In this document: positions 33,930-35,037 of the stretch, one piece after another | Numbering within the stretch: the stretch's first letter is position 1 | How the letters are laid out: each line of letters opens with the position of its first letter | Origin: Chiloscyllium plagiosum | Taxonomy: Eukaryota | NCBI RefSeq assembly: GCF_004010195.1 | Contig: NC_057719.1 | Span: 5,472,513-5,507,549 of the forward strand | DNA length: 35,037 nucleotides | Direction: 5' to 3' | Program-made: the position numbers and the translations under genes | The notes under the pieces: model-generated | What the model saw: only the letters and a program-made list of their open reading frames with translations | Told to the model about the DNA's origin: nothing | Database searches by the model: none

Positions 33930-34325
33930 TACCTCCTGTTCTCTCCAACTTTATACCTTCGCATTTTTTCCACAAATTTATCTATTTCTTTATAAAAATA
34001 TTCAGTGCCTTCACCTCTACAGCCTTCTGTGGTAGAGAATTCCACAGGTTCACCACACTGAGAGAAGAAATTTCTCCTAATCTCAGACAGAGATGGCCTA
34101 CTGCTTATCCAGAGACAATGACTTCTTGTTCTGGATTTCTCAACTGGGGAACATATCACCCCTGCGCACAGTCTGCCCAGCCCCATCAAATTTTTATGCA
34201 TTTCAATTAGATCTCTCATTCTTCTAAACCAAGTGAATACAGGCCTGTTGACCCAATCTGTCCTCACAAGACAAACTTACCATCCCAGGAATTTGTCTGA
34301 TGAAGCTTCAGTGCACTTCCTCTAT
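33930..34325 (-). mobile_element. Old CR1 3' fragment
   Basis: ORF 33929..34267 FRRMRDLIEMHK...KSRTRSHCL...EIRRNFFSQ matches the CR1 C-terminal region. Confidence 0.75.
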
Positions 34326-34344
34326 AGCTATTATCTTAAAGTAT

Positions 34345-34463
34345 ATCTTGCTCATCACCATCTGGACAAAGCATTTGCCTTGATTGGCATCGCATCTACC
34401 CATTCAGCATTGCTGCCAATGTATTACTGGTGAAGGAATTCGGCATACCCTCCACAAGATGCA
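34345..34463 (+). mobile_element. Fragment of the second-lineage CR1 (as at 28062-28910)
   Basis: TIWTKHLP / ccatctggacaaagcatttgccttgattggc..ccacaagatgca resembles the region encoding DKAARLIG..YKMH. Confidence 0.45.
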
Positions 34464-34479
34464 GGATATGATATGATTG

Positions 34480-35022
34480 TGGATCAGTGGTGCTGGAAGA
34501 GCACAGCAATTCAGGCAGCATCCGACGAGCAGCAAAATCGACGTTTTGGGCAAAAGCCCTTCATCAGGAATAAAGGCAGAGAGCCTGAAGCATGGAGAGA
34601 TAAATGAGAGTAGGGTCGGGGTGGGGAGAAAGTAGCATAGAGTACAATAGGTGAGTGGGGGAGGAGATGAAGGTGATAGGTCAGGGAGGAGAGGGTGGAG
34701 TGGATAGGTGGAAAAGGAGCTAGGCAGGTCGGACAAGTCTGGACAAGTCAAGGGGACAGTGCGGCGCTGGAAGTTTGAGACTAGGAAGAGGTGGGGGAAG
34801 GGGAAATGAGGAAACTGTTGAAGTCCACATTGATGCCCTGGGGTTGAAGTGTTCCGAGGTGGAAGATGAGGCGTTCTTCCTCCAGGCGTCTGGTGGTGAA
34901 GGAGCGGCGGTGAAGGAGGCCCAGGACCTCCATGCCCTCGGCAAAGTTGTTCCCTAACTAGGAGGCACCCAGTCTCCCCAATGTAGAGGAGACCGCATCG
35001 GGAGCAATGGATACAATAAATG
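34480..35022 (-). mobile_element. PLE family A, GIY-YIG 3' fragment with terminal repeat
   Basis: Antisense to about 32990-33560 (RRLEEERLIFHLGTLQPQGINVDF). A hammerhead motif ttc-ctgatga-a-gggc-tttt-gccc-aaaa-cgtc-ga lies at 34537-34570. Confidence 0.9.
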
Positions 35023-35037
35023 ATTTTAATGATTTTA

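Overview
Repeat-dominated, non-genic (intronic or intergenic) vertebrate DNA. The repeat set (HE1-type V-SINEs, HER1/CR1 LINEs, Penelope-like elements) points to a cartilaginous fish, probably a shark; this is an inference. No intact host protein-coding gene is recognisable, and the ORF track consists of transposon fragments and chance ORFs. The window holds many 5'-truncated CR1 LINEs, old L2 LINEs, HE1 SINEs, three Tc1/mariner-superfamily MITEs, a deleted Gypsy element, a decayed Copia element, and at least four families of Penelope-like elements (PLEs). The most notable signal is in the PLE terminal repeats. All four families share a minimal hammerhead-ribozyme layout (stem I-CUGANGA-x-stem II-GAAA-NN-UH-stem I') with family-specific, compensating stems and a loop-less palindromic helix III (ACGU or AGCU) that could only form in a dimer. 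These terminal repeats also occur on their own as 77-232 bp insertions, several with 9-17 bp target-site duplications, and repeatedly as fold-back (inverted) hairpins. Every copy here carries at least one core lesion, so activity is inferred only for the consensus. Two short candidate host exons lie in repeat-free islands. Element boundaries were read by eye and are approximate.
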